Shown in pieces: positions 20,881 through 31,955 of a stretch of 64,000 bases of DNA. The notes under the pieces were generated by a model. It saw only the letters and a list, made by a program, of their open reading frames with translations. It searched no databases and was not told the origin of the DNA. The stretch is from assembly GCA_035438705.1 (NCBI GenBank), contig DAORIV010000003.1, positions 4,699 to 68,698 of the forward strand. The letters are read 5' to 3'. The position numbers and the translations under genes were made by a program. Every line of letters starts with the position of its first letter. Positions within the stretch are counted from its first letter, which is position 1. Source of the stretch: Parcubacteria group bacterium. GTDB taxonomy: Bacteria > Patescibacteriota > Minisyncoccia > Phycocordibacterales > DATDWN01.

Positions 20881-21099
20881 ATTTTTTGAATTCATTATTT
20901 CTTCAATTTTACTCTTTTCTCTTTTTAGTGCTTCAATCCGAGATTTGAGAGAATCGTCATACCTATCCTCTAAAGTTTGAATCTCTGTCTCCAAAGCCTT
21001 AATTTGTCCTTGCAAATCCTCTCCACCCACTTCAACTGCCCCACTCTCAACAACTTCTATTTCTGGAACATCATTTTGAAATATTTCTCCTTCATTCAT
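20878..21099 (-). CDS. Small acidic coiled-coil protein, hypothetical
   Basis: A 73-aa ORF, Glu/Leu-rich with a heptad-like pattern, starting 4 nt after the upstream small ORF. Confidence 0.45.
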   Translation of the reverse strand: MNEGEIFQNDVPEIEVVESGAVEVGGEDLQGQIKALETEIQTLEDRYDDSLKSRIEALKREKSKIEEIMNSKN

Positions 21100-21103
21100 A
21101 GTT

Positions 21104-21262
21104 TTATTTATTATTGTTAATCACACTTGCTGTCTGACTACTATTTATATTCTGTTGTGCTTCATATAGTCGTGCAGCCAACAAAATAATTATGCTCGTA
21201 CATATTATAGCAATAAAGCCAAGTAAAAACTTAAAGAAATCTCTGTCGAAGTATTTCAACAT
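21104..21262 (-). CDS. Small single-TM protein (52 aa), translationally coupled to the TPR gene
   Basis: Hand translation gives MLKYFDRDFFKFLLGFIAIICTSIIILLAARLYEAQQNINSSQTASVINNNK. Its ATG overlaps the TAA of the upstream gene (TAATG) and it ends 4 nt before the next ATG. It is below the ORF-track size cut-off. Confidence 0.35.
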   Translation of the reverse strand: MLKYFDRDFFKFLLGFIAIICTSIIILLAARLYEAQQNINSSQTASVINNNK

Positions 21263-21954
21263 TAGTTTAAGTTTTTCTTAAAGTCTGATAATGCCGGATC
21301 GTTAGGTATAACTTTCAAGCCTTGCTCAATTATCGCTTTTGCTTTAGAAATATCCCCAAATACATCTCTATACGCCTCAGCAAGTTGAATGTAAAGATAT
21401 GTTTGTTTTGGATCTTTTGATATAGCCTCTTTGTAATACATTTCGGCCATGGCATTATCCTTCAAATGATATGCATACAAGAAACCTAAGTTACCACGAG
21501 ATATAAAATCTGTTGGAGCTTTTTCACTTACATATTTCCAAGATATTTTCGCCCCCTCATAGTCACCTGCCATTTTTTGGTACATACCAAGATCTATCCA
21601 AGGCAAAAGTTTATTTGGATCAGCTTTTATTTGTGTTTGAAGTCCAACTATTTTTGAAGTAATCATTGTTTTTACTTCTGGAGTAAAAACTAGCTTACTA
21701 TCAAAAACTACTGCCCTGTTTAAATCTGGTACAGGAATTTTTTTAACATTTTCAGTTATTGGAACTTGTTCTATGGTGTAATTCGGATTATTTTTACTTA
21801 ATTCATCTATTATTACTTGTTCAGTTGTGCTTGCGTTTGTATTTTCAGTTTCAGTTTTATTTGTTTTTTTATTCATAACCATATACACACCCAATATAAG
21901 TATTACAATAAAAACTATTAACGAAATCACTTTTTGTGTTTTTGTCATTTCCAT
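21262..21954 (-). CDS. Membrane-anchored TPR-repeat protein
   Basis: It has an N-terminal TM helix and a C-terminal TPR-like run of repeats (AEMYYKEAISKDPKQTYLYIQLAEAYRDVFGDISKAKAIIEQGLKVIPNDPA). Confidence 0.65.
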   Translation of the reverse strand: MEMTKTQKVISLIVFIVILILGVYMVMNKKTNKTETENTNASTTEQVIIDELSKNNPNYTIEQVPITENVKKIPVPDLNRAVVFDSKLVFTPEVKTMITSKIVGLQTQIKADPNKLLPWIDLGMYQKMAGDYEGAKISWKYVSEKAPTDFISRGNLGFLYAYHLKDNAMAEMYYKEAISKDPKQTYLYIQLAEAYRDVFGDISKAKAIIEQGLKVIPNDPALSDFKKNLN

Positions 21955-22136
21955 CCCGTTTGAAATAGGAGATCACTTATATATTGATGACCCCTTAGTT
22001 GATAGTTAAACTTAACTGAATAATTTTGATATTGATCTCCGCTATTTCTTACGGGATCCATATTCAGAATATTAGCATATTTTTATATAACAAAAAACCA
22101 CCCATTGGGTGGTTTTTTGAAACACTAATCTAAGTA

Positions 22137-25100
22137 TTAGTTAGATCTTGTTTGGATTAGGCCTGAAGCAGATAGGCCTGGTAGACCGTATCCGTTTGAC
22201 CAGTCAGCATCGAACAATCCTGATGTAGATGTAGCGTTACCTGACCATACGAAGTTACTTGTTGAAGTAGCTGCAGATGATGTAGATACGTTATATCCTG
22301 GAGTCAAGTTTGTTTGGTAAGCTGAGTCACCTAGAAGTGTTGCCACTACTGATGAACCTGTAGTTACACCAGATACTGAACCCTTAAGCTCGAAGTATAC
22401 TGTTGAACCAGCTGAAACTTGAACTGGAGAAATTGAACCAAGTGATGGTGCAATTGCAAATGCAGTTCCGTTTGTAGCTGTTGATACAGTTGATCCGATT
22501 TGACCTGATGTACCTTGACCAGAAACTGGTGAAGAGTATGAAGCATCAGTGTATCCGAACAATTGTATGTTTGTAACTGTAGCTGATGTTGTTGATAGAG
22601 TGAACTTGAATTGAGAAACTCCGATAGAGCCGTTTGAATTAGCTGTAACTTTGAATCTCATTAGTCTTCCATCAGCAATACCTGTTGATGCTAGTGTATC
22701 AAGCGCTAGAACTGGGTATGACTTGAATAGTCTTAGACCAGCAACAGATGTTGAACCTGTAGCGTTGATTGTTGAACCAGAACCAACTCCTGTACCTTGA
22801 GTACCTGTTGAGTCTGAACCGTTAAAGTCAACTCTGATTAGACTTCCCTGTGTTCCAGGTTGTGAAGTTCCAACTGAAGCTGTATCTACTTTAACTGTTA
22901 GAGTCTTGTCAGCATCCTTAGGTAGAGAAACTGGAGTTGCAAATGTTGATGTAGCGTATGCACTTGTTCCAGTGAATACTGCTGAACCAATTTGAACAGC
23001 ACCGTCCCAGATAGAAACTGAAACTAGATCAGCTGATGAGCCAGATGTTAGTTTTAGTCCTAGTCTGTTTAGGTTAACTCCTTCGTTTGTAGCTCTGAAC
23101 TTCAATACTGCTGCTGTTGATCCTGTTGAACCAGCTGCAACAACTCCGTATGAAGGAGATGAAGAATCTGTAGATACAACTAGAGAACCTGTTCCAACAG
23201 TCATTGTAGAACCTGCTGCGTTAGTAACTGTCTCTGAAACATCATTTGATGAAGTTACTCCAGTTACTGTTATTGATGGAGATGATAGTCCCCATGCTAG
23301 TGTTCCAGAAGCTGCTGAAGTCACATTACATTTTAGTGCAAGTGTCTTAACAGTTCCCTTTGTTACAACTAGAGATTGATCTAGTGTAAATGTATTGTTT
23401 CCTGTTGCTGAAGGATTAACAACATTTGAACCTGTGTTCAATGCTACTGATCCATCAAACAATTGACATGAGTTTACATGAGAAGCACTTACTGATGCTG
23501 ACAATGATAGTGGGATAGAAGAGAATCTTACATCCTCACCAGATTGTGAAGCATCGAATTGGAAGTTACTAAATGTAAATCCTTGTGCACCAGCTACGAT
23601 ACTTTGAGCAGCTGGAGTTGCAGAAACTCTTATATCAAGAGCTGCAGCTCTAACTGTCATAGTGTTCATAGTGAATACAGCGTTTGTCAAAGTTAGGTTG
23701 TTACCTGTTGTTTGACCTGTAACGTTTGTCCAATCAGATGAAGGTGTTGTTGATGCAACAATTGTTGAATTGTTTGACAAAGTTGAAGGAAGTTTACCCT
23801 TTAGAGTATATGTCTTCATTCCAACTGGGTATGTAATTGTATCTGTGAATGTTACTTTTTGTGCAACACCACCTACGTTTACTGCATCAACTGGTCCTGC
23901 AACTACTGCACCGTTTTGATCAACGATTGAAACGTTTGTCAAAAGGTTTGAAGAAGCAGCTACACCAGCATTGTAGTTAAACCAGAATACAGCACTTTGT
24001 ACTGAGATTGGTTCACCCTTGATGTCTGTTTGGTATCCTCCAAGTACTTGGTTAGGAACGTTAAGTGCTACGTTTTGAGCAGCTACTGAAGTTGCCTTTT
24101 GGATAGTTGTTACTGATCCACCAGATACTGTTACTAGAGAACCTGAGAAGAATGGTGTACCTGTTGTAAATTCAGAACCTGTTGTTACTGAACCAGTTGA
24201 ACCTGGAGTTGGTGTTATACCATATCCATAAGTTACACCTGATACATAAACATCAGTGTTTCTGTAAATATCAAATTGTACTGTTCTTCCTGAAGCTCCT
24301 GATCCAACGATATCTCCTTGGATGTAAACATCCTTAGAAAGACCTTTGTCTAGAAGAATTCCACCAGGGAAGTTAGCAGAGAAATACTTACCATCAGAAG
24401 AAACTTCTGTTGGATAAGATGTTCCATCTACATAAACCATTACATTAGCAAGGTCGTTTGCTGAAGCAGAACCTGTTTGGTTCCATCTTACTGACCAAAG
24501 TTTAACTTGCTCTGCTGAGCCAGCTGTAACTCTGATACCAGCAAATTTGTATGCTGTTGTACCAATTTCTTTTGTTTGAGCTGTGTTTGGATCAAATGAA
24601 GAAACTGCTAGTTGTGATGTTCCAAGTGTTAATGAAGCGTTAACAGTGTGTTGAGCACCTGTTACTGGAAGTGATCCAGCAACTGAAGCTGAAGTGTTAA
24701 CTGCGATAACATTTAGTCCTCCAACTTGTCCTGCATATGAAGACAATGAAGAATTCATGTTACCTGCTACAGTAACAGTTTGTGAAGTACCAGCTTTGAT
24801 CACCCAAGGCTCACCTACCATTGCTTGGTGGTTTGAGTTAAGTGTCTTTGCGATACCAATTTGTGTTCCATCACTCTTTAGTAGAACAACTCCTGACAAT
24901 GCAGCGTCTTGCATTAGTCCAACTCTTTCAACTGTCAATGAATTAACAGTTACATCAGATGAACCAGCTGTAAGAACAACTGTAGTGAAAGGAACTCTTG
25001 AAGCACTTTGTGGTGCTAGAGAGTTAGCAGGTTGTGAACCAGCTGAAACTGTAAGTGATCCACCTTGTGGATTACCTGGAGTAACTGGAGTTGTAACAAC

Positions 25101-25553
25101 TGAATTCATTGAATTCAATTTTGCTCTAGTTATAGCTCCTACATATCCAGCAGCTGGAGTAATTCCATATTTATTTTGGAATTTGATTACAGCAGCTTTT
25201 GTAGCTGGACCGAAAGTTGAAGTCTCCATACCTGGTGAACCAGCGCCTGTAGATGCAACTTTTGTGTCAGCACTCATGTTAAGAACCTTTTGTAGATTCA
25301 TAACATCAGTACCCTTACTACCAACTGTTAAATTTGTGTTGAATGTGTAGCCAGTTGAAGCTGTACTACCACCCGTTGTTGCTGAAAGTTGTGCTTGTAG
25401 CGCTGAAATAGTCGCTAGCAAACTGTTGATTTGAGCTTGTAGGTCAGTTGCTGATTGAGCACTTGCAAGTGCTGGTACAAATGCACCAGCTGCCATTGCG
25501 ATACCTACAAAACCAGATACCAACTTTGCAGTTGTTGATTTTGTTAAATTCAT
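22137..25553 (-). CDS. Giant secreted surface protein (1138 aa) with an N-terminal peptidoglycan-binding domain and a Thr/Ser/Val-rich beta-repeat body (S-layer-like)
   Basis: It has a signal peptide and a coiled coil. GSKGTDVMNLQKVLN..FGPATKAAVIKFQNKYGITPAAGYVGAITRAKL matches PG_binding_1. A ~640-nt AT-rich upstream leader is consistent with high expression. Confidence 0.8.
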   Translation of the reverse strand: MNLTKSTTAKLVSGFVGIAMAAGAFVPALASAQSATDLQAQINSLLATISALQAQLSATTGGSTASTGYTFNTNLTVGSKGTDVMNLQKVLNMSADTKVASTGAGSPGMETSTFGPATKAAVIKFQNKYGITPAAGYVGAITRAKLNSMNSVVTTPVTPGNPQGGSLTVSAGSQPANSLAPQSASRVPFTTVVLTAGSSDVTVNSLTVERVGLMQDAALSGVVLLKSDGTQIGIAKTLNSNHQAMVGEPWVIKAGTSQTVTVAGNMNSSLSSYAGQVGGLNVIAVNTSASVAGSLPVTGAQHTVNASLTLGTSQLAVSSFDPNTAQTKEIGTTAYKFAGIRVTAGSAEQVKLWSVRWNQTGSASANDLANVMVYVDGTSYPTEVSSDGKYFSANFPGGILLDKGLSKDVYIQGDIVGSGASGRTVQFDIYRNTDVYVSGVTYGYGITPTPGSTGSVTTGSEFTTGTPFFSGSLVTVSGGSVTTIQKATSVAAQNVALNVPNQVLGGYQTDIKGEPISVQSAVFWFNYNAGVAASSNLLTNVSIVDQNGAVVAGPVDAVNVGGVAQKVTFTDTITYPVGMKTYTLKGKLPSTLSNNSTIVASTTPSSDWTNVTGQTTGNNLTLTNAVFTMNTMTVRAAALDIRVSATPAAQSIVAGAQGFTFSNFQFDASQSGEDVRFSSIPLSLSASVSASHVNSCQLFDGSVALNTGSNVVNPSATGNNTFTLDQSLVVTKGTVKTLALKCNVTSAASGTLAWGLSSPSITVTGVTSSNDVSETVTNAAGSTMTVGTGSLVVSTDSSSPSYGVVAAGSTGSTAAVLKFRATNEGVNLNRLGLKLTSGSSADLVSVSIWDGAVQIGSAVFTGTSAYATSTFATPVSLPKDADKTLTVKVDTASVGTSQPGTQGSLIRVDFNGSDSTGTQGTGVGSGSTINATGSTSVAGLRLFKSYPVLALDTLASTGIADGRLMRFKVTANSNGSIGVSQFKFTLSTTSATVTNIQLFGYTDASYSSPVSGQGTSGQIGSTVSTATNGTAFAIAPSLGSISPVQVSAGSTVYFELKGSVSGVTTGSSVVATLLGDSAYQTNLTPGYNVSTSSAATSTSNFVWSGNATSTSGLFDADWSNGYGLPGLSASGLIQTRSN

Positions 25554-26195
25554 ATATATGTTTTTAATGAAACAAACTCTTCTATTGCTATTAATAATAT
25601 TTTTAGAAGAAGTTTGGGAAACGATTAACTACTTAATAATTTTCAGATGTGATCGTGTCTATGTTTGCAAATTGTTTTTTACACAACTTACAAACATTTT
25701 CCACGACCACATCTTTCATACTAACCCAAGATTTTAATTGTTTTGTTTTGCATTCAACATTGCCTTTATTTCAAAATAAATTTGAAATAAAAACGTACTG
25801 ACACAAACCAAATCGACACAAAAATGTTTGGGTAGATGGCATTTTTATTTTGAATTTCTGAAGTACTGAAAAAAGGAATAAATCTGAAAGTCAGAAATGA
25901 AACTGTAGACACTCTTTAAACAGTGCCTAAATTTGTGATCCATATTTAGTTGTCAAAAAACAATCAATTCAGAAATTGGAAAGTATATACAGCATTACAA
26001 CGTATATGAAGTATGAACCTCATATACATTACACATTATATATACTAGCCTTGGACTTTCAAATCTATTCGTGTGGATAACTTTAAATAATAAGCCCTAT
26101 TTTTCATAAAATTACAAAAAAATGGACCAAAATTCAAAAAAATACACACACGGGAAGGTTATCAAAAAATACGCAAAAAGTCAATTTGAACAAGA

Positions 26196-26918
26196 CTAAT
26201 TTTTTATAGAATATCTACTCCATCTTCTCTCTCCAGTTTTGAGAATTATTCCAGCTTCGATAAGTGATATAAGCTCTCTTTGAATGGTTTTTTCACTTAC
26301 GTCTTTTATCACAAGAGAAATATCTTTTATCGTAAGATCCTTCTTTTTCTTAAGTAGACCGAGGATGATTCCTTGACGATTGTTACTTTTGAAGCCTCCA
26401 TTGTCCTTTACAATTGAACTGTCTTTAAAAGAAGATGTTTCTCTGATAAATGTATTTTGAGGAGTATAATTTTGAGTGCTACCGAAAAATTCTTTGGGCA
26501 ATATTTCATTAGAATAATCAGTCTTTGATGTATGATTAAAAAGTTCTAGAAGTCTACCAAATTCTTCTTTAATAACTGTAAAGTTCATTTTAGAAATAAG
26601 TCCAGCGAGTAGTGACACTTCCAACAAAGAAACTATTTCTGAAACTCTTGTTTTAATATTGTGGAAAAAGTTTGGAAGCTCAGATTGTCTTATGTCTTTA
26701 TAAGTTATTGTAAAAGACAAAAGTTCAGAGACTTTTTTTCTTAAAGTCCATTTCATTGGTTCATTATCAGACAGTAGATTTGTTATCAAATAGACAGCGG
26801 AAGCAAGTTTCTCTGTCTTTTTACAAATAAAGATGAAGTCACTCCCACCTTCAAAAAATGACTTAATATCTGTATTGTTTGAGCTATTTGCAATGTTATT
26901 ATTTTCTGGGTTTTCCAT
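26196..26918 (-). CDS. Hypothetical protein with a C-terminal winged-helix DNA-binding domain (putative regulator)
   Basis: A 240-aa ORF. The C-terminal LTIKDISLVIKDVSEKTIQRELISLIEAGIILKTGERRWSRY is HTH-like. Confidence 0.5.
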   Translation of the reverse strand: MENPENNNIANSSNNTDIKSFFEGGSDFIFICKKTEKLASAVYLITNLLSDNEPMKWTLRKKVSELLSFTITYKDIRQSELPNFFHNIKTRVSEIVSLLEVSLLAGLISKMNFTVIKEEFGRLLELFNHTSKTDYSNEILPKEFFGSTQNYTPQNTFIRETSSFKDSSIVKDNGGFKSNNRQGIILGLLKKKKDLTIKDISLVIKDVSEKTIQRELISLIEAGIILKTGERRWSRYSIKN

Positions 26919-27167
26919 ATTTTGTACTTTATATGACTTTTGAGTCTTTTTAAGTCTTTAAATGGTGTATTTTATATGTCCTTATTGTCTTATATAATAC
27001 CATACTGTCCTTTATCAAGTCAAGTGTCTTTATAAATATATCAGTAAAAGACTATTGTTTGCAAGTGCTGTCTTTGTGGTTTATCTAACCATATTTGTTT
27101 GTGTATTTATGGCTATATTTTCTAGTGTATAATGTCTTAGTAACACATAGGACTTATTAGTAATAAT

Positions 27168-29411
27168 TTGATAAAATTAACAGAAATGTCACGACAAAGT
27201 AAGAAAGATAAAAAGGTTCGTTCAAAAGATAATCTGGATGAAGAAAGTGGTGGTGAAAGACTACTAAAAGAAGAGACTGTAAGAGCAATTGTTGCGGTAA
27301 TATTCTTTGTTTTTTCTGTGTTTTTCACACTTTCCGCATTTAATAAAGGGGGTATTGTAGGCGAAAAATCTTTCCATGGACTATCTTTCCTGTTTGGTGT
27401 TGGTTTCTATATACTGCCTATACTATTTTTGATTCTCTCTATTTCATTTTTTAGAACACTGCACAAAAAACTTGCCCTTACTCACAGCATTGGAGGATTA
27501 ATATTTTTTACCTCCTCTCTCTCATTAATAAATATTAGTATGCCTGAAAAAGGGGGTGTTGTTGGTAAATTTATATCTAACCCACTTATTAACTTATTTG
27601 ATACTTATGCAAGTGTAGTAATACTTATTGCACTAATAACCATTTCATTAATTGTTATATTTGATGCACCTCTAAGACTGTCATTCCTTGGGAACCTCTT
27701 TAAAAAGAAAGACAAGATCGAAGAAGAGGAAGATGGTTCTCCTGAACTACTTATCTCAAACGCAGAGCAACTTGGGATAACTCCAAAGGAATTGAAAGCT
27801 ATGGCCAATGAACCTTTAACTAAAACGACTGAAGCACAAGTTAAAAAAGAGGAAGTTGAAGTTAAAAAGGATGAGTTTGGAATTAATCCCCTTTTGTGGA
27901 ATGGAAAAGAATTCACCCCTCCTCCACTATCTTTACTTTCTCAAGACAAAGGCAAGCCTGGAGTTGGTGATATCAAATCTAACTCAAATATAATAAAAAG
28001 AACTCTGCAAAACTTCGGTATTAATGTTGAAATGGATGAAATATCAATTGGACCATCTATTACAAGGTATGCATTAAAACCTGCAGAAGGTGTAAAACTA
28101 TCTAGAATACTTGGTTTACAGAACGATCTTTCCCTAGCTCTAGCTGCACACCCAATTAGAATTGAAGCCCCAATACCCGGCAAATCTCTAGTAGGTATTG
28201 AAATCCCAAACACAACCAAAACCAAAGTTGGTCTTGGACCCCTACTAGCGTCAAATGAATTCCAGAATTCTGAAATGCCACTTCTTATGAGTCTTGGTAA
28301 AGGAACTTCTGGTTCTTCTTTCTATGCAAACTTAGCAAAGTCACCTCACCTTCTAATAGCTGGAACAACTGGATCAGGAAAATCAATTACCATCCACGCA
28401 TTAATTACATCTCTTTTGTACAGAAATTCTCCAGACAATCTAAAATTTATAATGGTTGATCCAAAAAGAGTTGAACTTACTCTTTACAACAAAATACCCC
28501 ACTTACTTACACCTGTAATAACAGACGCAAAGAAAACCATCTTGGCTCTTAAATGGGCAGCTAAAGAAATGGATAGAAGATATGAAATACTCCAAAAACA
28601 CAGTCTGCAGAATATAGCTTCTTATCATAAAAATGTTTTAGAGCCAGCTATTAAAAAAATGGAAAAGGACAGAGGTGCATCTGAAGATGGTGAACCTAAA
28701 ACAGAAACAATGCCTTACATCGTAATTGTAGTTGATGAGTTGGCTGATATTATGCAAGCATATCCTCGTGAACTAGAATCTGCGATAGTGAGACTGGCTC
28801 AAATGTCCCGTGCTGTCGGAATTCACTTAATACTTTCTACACAAAGACCTTCAGTTAATGTTATTACTGGTCTTATTAAAGCAAACATACCTTCAAGAAT
28901 CGCTCTTCAAGTAGCAAGTCAAATAGATTCAAGAACAATTCTTGATATGCCGGGCGCTGAGAAACTTCTTGGTGCCGGAGACATGCTTTACCTTTCTGGA
29001 GAGATGAGTCAACCACAGAGAATTCAATCTGCTTTTATTTCTGAAAATGAAGTTAAGGATGTGGTAAAATTCCTCGCACAAGGTTATGAAAATGATATTC
29101 CGAGTGAAATTAATCTTGATGCAAATAACAATAACGTCAAAAACAGTATCTTCGAAGCAACTCTAGACGATGAAAAAATGGAAGAAGAGGATGATTTGTA
29201 TGAAGAAGCTAAACAGACAGTACTAGAAGCCGGCAAAGCTAGTACATCTTATCTACAAAGAAAGCTTGGGGTTGGATACGCCAGAGCAGCAAGACTAATT
29301 GATATTCTAGAGGAAAGAGGTGTTGTTGGTCCTGGCTCAGGTGCAAAACCTAGAGAGGTCTTCGGTGCTAGTCCTACCTCAAACGACGAGGACACAGGAG
29401 AAACTGTATGA
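27168..29411 (+). CDS. ftsK: DNA translocase FtsK/SpoIIIE
   Basis: It has N-terminal TM helices and the Walker A motif LLIAGTTGSGKS, plus the C-terminal gamma-domain winged helix (TSYLQRKLGVGYARAARLIDILEERG). Confidence 0.9.
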   Translation: MIKLTEMSRQSKKDKKVRSKDNLDEESGGERLLKEETVRAIVAVIFFVFSVFFTLSAFNKGGIVGEKSFHGLSFLFGVGFYILPILFLILSISFFRTLHKKLALTHSIGGLIFFTSSLSLINISMPEKGGVVGKFISNPLINLFDTYASVVILIALITISLIVIFDAPLRLSFLGNLFKKKDKIEEEEDGSPELLISNAEQLGITPKELKAMANEPLTKTTEAQVKKEEVEVKKDEFGINPLLWNGKEFTPPPLSLLSQDKGKPGVGDIKSNSNIIKRTLQNFGINVEMDEISIGPSITRYALKPAEGVKLSRILGLQNDLSLALAAHPIRIEAPIPGKSLVGIEIPNTTKTKVGLGPLLASNEFQNSEMPLLMSLGKGTSGSSFYANLAKSPHLLIAGTTGSGKSITIHALITSLLYRNSPDNLKFIMVDPKRVELTLYNKIPHLLTPVITDAKKTILALKWAAKEMDRRYEILQKHSLQNIASYHKNVLEPAIKKMEKDRGASEDGEPKTETMPYIVIVVDELADIMQAYPRELESAIVRLAQMSRAVGIHLILSTQRPSVNVITGLIKANIPSRIALQVASQIDSRTILDMPGAEKLLGAGDMLYLSGEMSQPQRIQSAFISENEVKDVVKFLAQGYENDIPSEINLDANNNNVKNSIFEATLDDEKMEEEDDLYEEAKQTVLEAGKASTSYLQRKLGVGYARAARLIDILEERGVVGPGSGAKPREVFGASPTSNDEDTGETV

Positions 29412-29755
29412 GAAATGTAACTATTCTTCGCAAATTTCTACTTTATTCGTTTTTCGTAATTATTATACTCTATTCCCTTTTTCAAGCACAAAAAATAATT
29501 AAAGGTCCTAGTATTGAAATATTTAATCCGAAAAGTGGAGCTACCTACAGCCAGACTTTGATAGAAGTAGAAGGAATGGCCAAAAATGTTGCATATCTTA
29601 ATATGAATGGACGACCTATATTTACTGATAAAAATGGGTATTTTAAAGAAAAATTCTTATTGTCCCCCGGTTACAATGTCATAAAATTAGATGCTGAAGA
29701 TAAGTTCAAAAAATATACCGAACAAAAACTAGAGATTATACTAAAAGAATACTAG
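29408..29755 (+). CDS. Hypothetical small membrane protein
   Basis: A 115-aa ORF with ATGA overlap to the ftsK stop and an N-terminal TM helix. Confidence 0.5.
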   Translation: MRNVTILRKFLLYSFFVIIILYSLFQAQKIIKGPSIEIFNPKSGATYSQTLIEVEGMAKNVAYLNMNGRPIFTDKNGYFKEKFLLSPGYNVIKLDAEDKFKKYTEQKLEIILKEY

Positions 29756-29838
29756 TGCCCAACAAGACCTGATGCTAGTCAATTGTATAATTTAATACTA
29801 GGTATAAAATACATTTATTATTATAAACACTTAAAAAC

Positions 29839-30921
29839 ATGATGAAGAAAAAGGCACCAAAAGAGCCGAAAAAAATGATGAGTGATGCGGGAGGTGTAAA
29901 TGTTGAAAATACACTTCGAGAAATTAGAACTAAATTTGGTGATGACTCAATCATGATGCTTGGAGACAAACCTCATGTAGATGTAAATTCAATATCTACT
30001 GGTTCTATTGGATTAGACACAGCACTTGGAGTTGGAGGATTGCCACGTGGAAGAATAATTGAAATTTTTGGTCCTGAATCTTCAGGAAAAACCACCCTAT
30101 CGCTACATGTTGTAGCAGAAGCACAGAAAAAAGGAGGTATATGCGCATTCATTGATGCTGAACATGCTATGGACCCAGAATATGCCCAAAGACTAGGTGT
30201 TAATATAAATCAATTACTCATATCTCAACCAGATAACGGCGAACAAGCTTTGGAAATTGTTGAATCTTTGGTTAGATCAGGAAAATTAGATGTTATTGTC
30301 ATTGACTCTGTTGCAGCCTTAACTCCTAGAGATGAAATCGAGGGAGATATGGGTTCTCACCATGTTGGTAAACAAGCTCGTCTAATGTCACAGGCACTAA
30401 GGAAACTAACTGCGATAGTGGCTAAATCCAAAACAATAGTCATTTTCCTAAACCAAATCCGAATGCAAATAGGTGTTATGTTTGGAAACCCAGAGACTAC
30501 TCCAGGTGGAAAAGCTTTGAAATTCTACACTTCTGTACGTATAGACATACGCCGAATAGCCCAGATAAAAAAGGGTGAAGAAATAATGGGAGGAAGAATA
30601 AGAGTAAAGGTTGTAAAAAACAAAGTCGCTGCTCCTTTCAAACAGACAGAGTTTGATCTAATGTATAACGAAGGAATCTCCCGTGAAGGTGAACTCATCG
30701 CTTTGGGAGAAAAAATGGGAGTCATTACAAAATCTGGAACGAGTTATAGCTTTGGAGAAGAAAAACTTGGGCGTGGATATGATGCAACAAGACAGTTTTT
30801 GAAAGACAAAGCTAACAAAAAAATAGCTGATGCCATCTTAAAGGAGATTCGCTCAGGACTAGATAAGAATGGAGGTTCTGTGGTTGCAAGCTCTGGTAGT
30901 GAATCTGAAAGCTCTGAATAA
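29839..30921 (+). CDS. recA: Recombinase RecA
   Basis: Walker A motif GPESSGKTT, plus the L1/L2 loops and the typical RecA core. An extended -10 (TGTATAAT) lies ~40 nt upstream. Confidence 0.95.
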   Translation: MMKKKAPKEPKKMMSDAGGVNVENTLREIRTKFGDDSIMMLGDKPHVDVNSISTGSIGLDTALGVGGLPRGRIIEIFGPESSGKTTLSLHVVAEAQKKGGICAFIDAEHAMDPEYAQRLGVNINQLLISQPDNGEQALEIVESLVRSGKLDVIVIDSVAALTPRDEIEGDMGSHHVGKQARLMSQALRKLTAIVAKSKTIVIFLNQIRMQIGVMFGNPETTPGGKALKFYTSVRIDIRRIAQIKKGEEIMGGRIRVKVVKNKVAAPFKQTEFDLMYNEGISREGELIALGEKMGVITKSGTSYSFGEEKLGRGYDATRQFLKDKANKKIADAILKEIRSGLDKNGGSVVASSGSESESSE

Positions 30922-30926
30922 AATAT

Positions 30927-31322
30927 ATGAAATATAATAAAAATAGAGGTTATATAGCACTTATAACCTCTATTTTTATATCTGTAATTCTTTTTTCCAT
31001 TACACTAAAACAAAATATTGATGGTTGGAATAGTAACTATGGAATAATTGAAAATGAATCAAAATTTCAATCCAAGACACTTGCAGAAAGGTGTGTAGAT
31101 GTATCAATAATAAAAATACTAAATGATACTTATGTGGAAGGTACAACAAATTATGATAATGGATCTTGTAAAAGTTTTATCAAAGAAACAAATTCCCCTG
31201 AAATAGGTTTGACTAAATTTAAAACACAAGCAGTAGTAAACAAATCTTTTACAAACATAGAAACTGTTTTAAATCATCAAACAATGAAAATTATTTCAAA
31301 AAAAGAAATACCGAAAATTTAG
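30927..31322 (+). CDS. Hypothetical protein with an N-terminal TM helix (possible divergent pilin-like protein)
   Basis: A 131-aa ORF starting MKYNKNRGYIALITSIFISVILFS, positioned between recA and the pilin gene. Confidence 0.4.
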   Translation: MKYNKNRGYIALITSIFISVILFSITLKQNIDGWNSNYGIIENESKFQSKTLAERCVDVSIIKILNDTYVEGTTNYDNGSCKSFIKETNSPEIGLTKFKTQAVVNKSFTNIETVLNHQTMKIISKKEIPKI

Positions 31323-31421
31323 CTCGAAACACACAACACAATAGAAAATTTGGTCAACTTGTATATAAAAACAATAGGAGTAAAGTGGTATCAATTAATA
31401 AGTTTGATTAATGTAAATTTT

Positions 31422-31922
31422 ATGAAAAAATTGAAAAAATCAGGTTTTACTCTTATAGAAATACTGATAGTAATAGGTATTATTGCGATCCTTGCCTCAA
31501 TAGTTATCATTGCCATAAACCCGAGTAAACAGTTTGCCCAAGCCAGAAATACTCAAAGACAAGCAGGAGTAAATGCAATATTAAATGCAATAGGTCAAAG
31601 AATAGCCGACAATAAAGGTGTATTTGCTGGAACATTTGCTGTAAACGGTGCAACTTATACATGTGGGCCCCTACCTACTGGAGCAACCACGACAATAACA
31701 ACAACAATGGCAACTGACACCACGACTCAGACTGGGAGCTTGGGGTGCCTTATTCCTACATATATACCCACTCTACCGTCTGACCCTGACTCTACCGTAA
31801 TTCCCCCAGCAACAGGTTTTGATGTCGTAGTAGATGGTTCTGGCAGAACAAAAGTATGTGCCAGTCTGGCCTCAAACGAAACTTCAATACCGAATTCTGG
31901 TCCGATTTGTGTTACTAGATAA
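31422..31922 (+). CDS. Type IV pilin (prepilin with a class III signal peptide)
   Basis: MKKLKKSG|FTLIEILIVIGIIAILASI is the canonical prepilin peptidase motif (G/FTLIE). The ORF track starts it at an upstream TTG (31350). Confidence 0.75.
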   Translation: MKKLKKSGFTLIEILIVIGIIAILASIVIIAINPSKQFAQARNTQRQAGVNAILNAIGQRIADNKGVFAGTFAVNGATYTCGPLPTGATTTITTTMATDTTTQTGSLGCLIPTYIPTLPSDPDSTVIPPATGFDVVVDGSGRTKVCASLASNETSIPNSGPICVTR

Positions 31923-31955
31923 AATTGGTTTTTAGGGTTGATGTATAATTAAAAA

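Noticed and set aside
24694-25350. 218-aa plus-strand ORF inside the PG-binding surface protein gene
   Set aside because: It is antisense to the 1138-aa CDS and has no start context.
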